64,000 bases of DNA from the human T2T-CHM13v2.0 reference genome, Homo sapiens, in the NCBI RefSeq assembly GCF_009914755.1, contig NC_060930.1; one strand, written 5' to 3'. Shown piece by piece: positions 59,800-64,000 of the stretch. Position 1 is the stretch's first letter, and each line of letters begins with the position of its first letter. A program made the translations under genes and the position numbers. The notes below the pieces were generated by a model that did not search any database, had not been told where the DNA came from, and saw nothing but the letters and a program-made list of their open reading frames with translations.

Positions 59800-60300
59800 C
59801 CATCCTTCCACCCAGGCTCCACTTCACTTCCTCATTTCTCTTCTGAAATATCACAAAACACCCCACAGTGTCTTCTCCCTTCTAGTGTCCTCTTAAATTT
59901 TAATTCCACATGACTAAGAGTAAACGATCTATAGGTAAAGTACGGCTATGCCACTTCCCTTGTGAAATCCTTCAGTAGTTTCCATGCCCATGGAATAAAG
60001 TCTAAACTCCTCAGATGGACATAAATGTCACTTTTTAACCTGGCCCTGCAAAATTTCTCCGGCTCTACTCCATGCCTTTCATTTTTTACTTCATCCAAAC
60101 CCAATTGGTCACAATGTTACCAATGTAACTGGGTCTTTGTTCACACTAGACCCTCTCCTGGAATGCTCACTCACATTTCTTCCTCTCCTGACCTTCTCTT
60201 GACCTTCAAGACATGCCTCCCGGCCTCACGTCCTCCAGGAATGCTTCCATGACCACCTGGGCTGGTTAAAGGATTGATCTCTCCACCTCAAAGCATGTGG
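59800..60300 (+). mobile_element. L2 fragment
   Basis: aaatccttcagtagtttcc...gaataaagtctaaactcctcag...acctggccctg. Confidence 0.7.
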
Positions 60301-60443
60301 AGAGGATATGCATGGAGCACAGACATGGTTCTCCCTCAGCACACGCCTACTACAGGAAAATGATCTATTAAAATAATTTTCCATAGTATAAGTTCTTTTT
60401 TATCTCATTCCACACTGTGACTAGCATGATTAGGAAGCATAAC

Positions 60444-60548
60444 AGGCTTTGAATATATTGAAGGTATACGTTTTGAATATATAAGTTTTGAATATATTGA
60501 AGATACACAATTTGAATATGTAGGTTTTGAATATATTGAAGATATACG
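60444..60548. repeat. 39-bp minisatellite, about 2.7 copies
   Basis: Units start at 60444, 60483 and 60522 (aggttttgaatatattgaagatatacg...). Confidence 0.9.
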
Positions 60549-62177
60549 CCTGGCACTCTTTCAGGCCTTTTCATGCGTGTTTTCTTATTTGCTTAAAATG
60601 TTAATTACCTGCTGATCAGGTTCTTCTATTCAATGTGTGGGAAGAACTAACAGGAATCGGGCATTTCCCACCAAAGGCAAAAATAGGTCCGCAGCATCCT
60701 CCCCCTGAACACAAGAAGCTCCCCAATGCCTCTCACATTTCAGTATTTCAAAGCAGGTTGAGGTGGAGAAGGGAAGAAAACAGTCGAAATGAAAATGGTT
60801 AAGTTAATTAATTGCAAGCTCGCTTGTAGGACCAGCACGTTTATTTAATCAGTTGCCTAGTAACCCTGCCTGTGTATGACGTGAATCTGATTAGCCTGCG
60901 GCGGCAGCAAATGATGGGCCATTTTTTTCTCCCAGCCACCAGTGCTCCCAGCCTGCTTCCGTGTGCTTTGAGGTTTGGAAAACCCAAATTCCGCCTCCTG
61001 CCCCCTAGCATGGAGGTTGTGAGGTGGAAACAAATTCTCATCCTCTTTTTTCTTGTCTTATCAGTCTCCACAGACCCCACAGCCAAGTGAAGAAGATCTT
61101 TGCATGAACACGACCTTTCAGCTGGTGAATCAGATGACCAGAAAAATTCCCCACATCAGTTTTCTTTATGGAGTGACCTACACACCAAGAAGAGCCGCTC
61201 AGCTCTCAAAACTGCTGTCATGTAGATACCTACGTGGATAAACAAGTAATGTTTCCACAAAACACTGCAGGTTAGGGCCTCTGCTCATGGCAGGATAGAG
61301 AAGGCAAAATAAAGAGGGGGCTTTGGACTGTTGGTTTTGCGTCATGTAAGCTTTTTTAGTGACCTTTAATGGGGAGAGAGACTAGATGCTGAGTTTAATC
61401 ACGTAAGACCAGCTCAAGACAAACGGCACAGTTTTGTTTCCTGTCTGGAAAGAAAAAAAAAATTACTCATGCACTAGCAGGAACTGAACGCTGAACACTC
61501 CTTTGGTGCTAGATTTATTGGAGGATTTGACGACAAGAATTTGCTTGTAGTTTTCCACCTTCCCTGTGCTATTTTCTTAGCCAGTCATTTTGAATACTCC
61601 TTCCCCATCTTTATCCCCCAACCATTCCTGTTCTTAAGCCAAATAAAAAGAAAACATCACTGAAATAAAGACCCACGTTTCTGCTTTGACACACCATGAC
61701 CACGTTTTTATACTATTATGAGGTAGGGTATTTTTTTTTTTCTATTTGTCAGTCTCTGTGGATAAAAGACTCCATCTTCCATAAAGAATCCCCACCAGAA
61801 ATCTTTCTAAGCCCTCAATCAGAGAGACACTCTGCCATCGTGCTGAGCAAAAGCTAATCTAATTAAGACAGGATCTGCTAAATTTAATAGCCTGCTATGA
61901 ATTTTTACAGACATCTGGTAGCTGGAAGTTGGAACAGCTCTCACATATAAAATTCACATTGTCCAGATAACCAATATCGGGGTCAAATATTTTCTTTCTT
62001 TGGGGAACTTACATTGTTTTGGTAGGAACGCTATTTTCAAATCGTGATATCCTACAGGTAAATGCACTGGAAAGAAGATTGAGGATTGAAACTTCAAATC
62101 TCAGCTTTCCATCTGCACAGTAAAGACAAAGATGCTTCCATTGTCCGGTTTTATGGAGAAATCTGAAAACGTACACA

Positions 62178-62328
62178 CAGGGCTGGCTTCACGGGTGGCG
62201 CCCAGCGTTAGCAAGTCCTTGCCTGGTGCGAGGCGCTGCTCTCCTGTCTTGAAATTCTTAATTTTTGAACAAGGACACCTGCATTTTTTATTTCCCACCA
62301 GAGCGCACAAATTATGTAGCCACTCCTG
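62178..62328 (+). mobile_element. MER45A-like hAT-Tip100 MITE
   Basis: cagggctggcttca...tcttgaaattcttaatttttgaacaagg...caaattatgtagccactcctg. Confidence 0.85.
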
Positions 62329-63670
62329 TGTATATGAAACTCTTTGCTTGATGCCAGTTCCATAGCAGACACAAAATAATTAGAATGTTCTCCTCCCCAT
62401 CATACCCTTCAACTTAAAATTATGAAATCCAAGCTAGTAGCTTTTCTTTTGCTTCTGAGCAGGACAACCTCTTGACTGATGGTCTCATCTAAGAACCCCT
62501 ACTACCACCTCCACCAACGATAGTCATATCTATTTGTATAAAATGAAATTACAGTAATCAAAAAAAGTTAAATTGTATATATGCCTATATGGTTGTATGT
62601 GCAAAAATTGCCAGTTATTACAAAAACTGATACTGATTATCTCTGAGGCAGAGAACTGATAACAGAAATTGGGCTCTGGAAAGGGACATATTTTTTACTT
62701 CATTTGTCCTTCTTTTTGTCTTGTTTTGTTTTACCGTATGTGTGTTCTGCCCTTGAAAAAATAAAACAAAACCTAATTTTGTTTGACTTAGATCCCAATA
62801 ATCCTAACTACACAGATATATAAATATACATTCACTCTTAACTGTTCTTTGAAGAGGGAAATCTAAGTAAGGCATAGCTTCCTCAAAATCCAACCAATTG
62901 TCCCCAGTTCTAGAAGCATGAGTTACTTATTGAGGTTGGTGGAGATTTCCTCCATCCACCTTATGTTCCATGGTCCACCCCAGAGGGAAAGAGAAGAAAG
63001 GGGTGTCAGTGTTCTTTTGGTAGAAATATCACCCCACAAAATTTCCTGCACCTCAGAAAGCTTGTACACCCATGGGAAACTTTCCTGCCACCTGAAAACA
63101 AAGAGAAGCAGAGCAGCCCATTAAAAATGTATGTTCTCACAACATTTTGCCCTGGGACAGCGGAAAACCATAGCATCTAATAGGCTTTGAAGTGAAAAGT
63201 GCAATTCCTGTGAAATGAGATTTTTCCAAAGTATCTGATGAAGCAGCTCCTTGCCCCCCAACCACGACTGAAGCACAGCATGAATGACCTTGGGCAATGA
63301 CAAACAATATCACACCCCCAGCAATCAGCCTGGATAATTACCATATTTAATAATTAAGCATGTGGTCTAAATTTGTGTTCAGCATTTCTGTTGAAATCTG
63401 GGGGGCATCCACGGGTGACTTGTGTATGAGGGTTAGGTTGACTAGCCCGCTCTCAAAATTCGAGTGAAATAAATCTTCCACTTCTTTTCATCCTAAGAGT
63501 TCCAGCCTCCCACAATAGAACCCAAGATAGCTACTAAGAACAGAAACAAGATTCCTCCAGTATTGTTTTATTCTATTGCTCTGGGGCAGCTAGGTATTTA
63601 AAACAAACAAGAAAACACATAAAAAAAGAGAGGGGCTACTCGCTCTGTTGTAGAAGAGTTACGCATTGTC

Positions 63671-63691
63671 TTTTTTTTTTTTTTTTTTTTT
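63671..63691 (-). other. Solitary poly(A) insertion (T21) with probable TSD
   Basis: Flanked by gagttacgcattgtc and gagttatgtattttc. Confidence 0.65.
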
Positions 63692-64000
63692 GAGTTATGT
63701 ATTTTCTGACTCTTCTGTCTGAAATGTAGGATATTCAAATATAAGATATTCAGTTCTTTTACTACTCAATCTCTTGTTGCTTCTCTGCTGTGGTCTGTGG
63801 GGGACCAGACACAATCTGTGTACCCTAGAAAACACCTGTAGGAGGGGAAAGAAGACCTTGTCCAAGGATACACCAATGACAGTCAGTGGGTATTGGAAAA
63901 TAAAGATACAAGTCAACCCTGGCTTCTCCCAGTCCTTCCCAGCTGTAGTCCCAGCACTTTTGCAATTCTGGTTTCCCAAAAAATCCCATCCAGGGCATAA

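Overview
This is AT-rich primate (human-like) non-coding DNA dominated by interspersed repeats: Alu, young and old L1, L2, MIR, CR1/L3, MaLR/ERVL LTRs, and hAT and Tigger DNA transposons, plus microsatellites. I found no cellular protein-coding exon, RNA gene or CRISPR-type system. The only long ORF (42898-44637, 579 aa) is the C-terminal part of a disabled, 5'-inverted L1PA ORF2. I cannot name the locus and see no support for a new multi-gene system. The most unusual signals are mutational scars: a perfect 99-bp templated insertion copied from 1.4 kb away, a perfect 38-bp templated insertion inside an L1 tail copied from 2.7 kb away, three twin-primed L1 inversions, a solitary poly(T) insertion with target-site duplication (TSD), and a MER82-ended Tigger that retains transposase sequence. 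Repeat subfamily names come from my recall of consensus sequences, not a RepeatMasker run, and boundaries of old repeats are approximate. Regulatory calls rest on motifs only.
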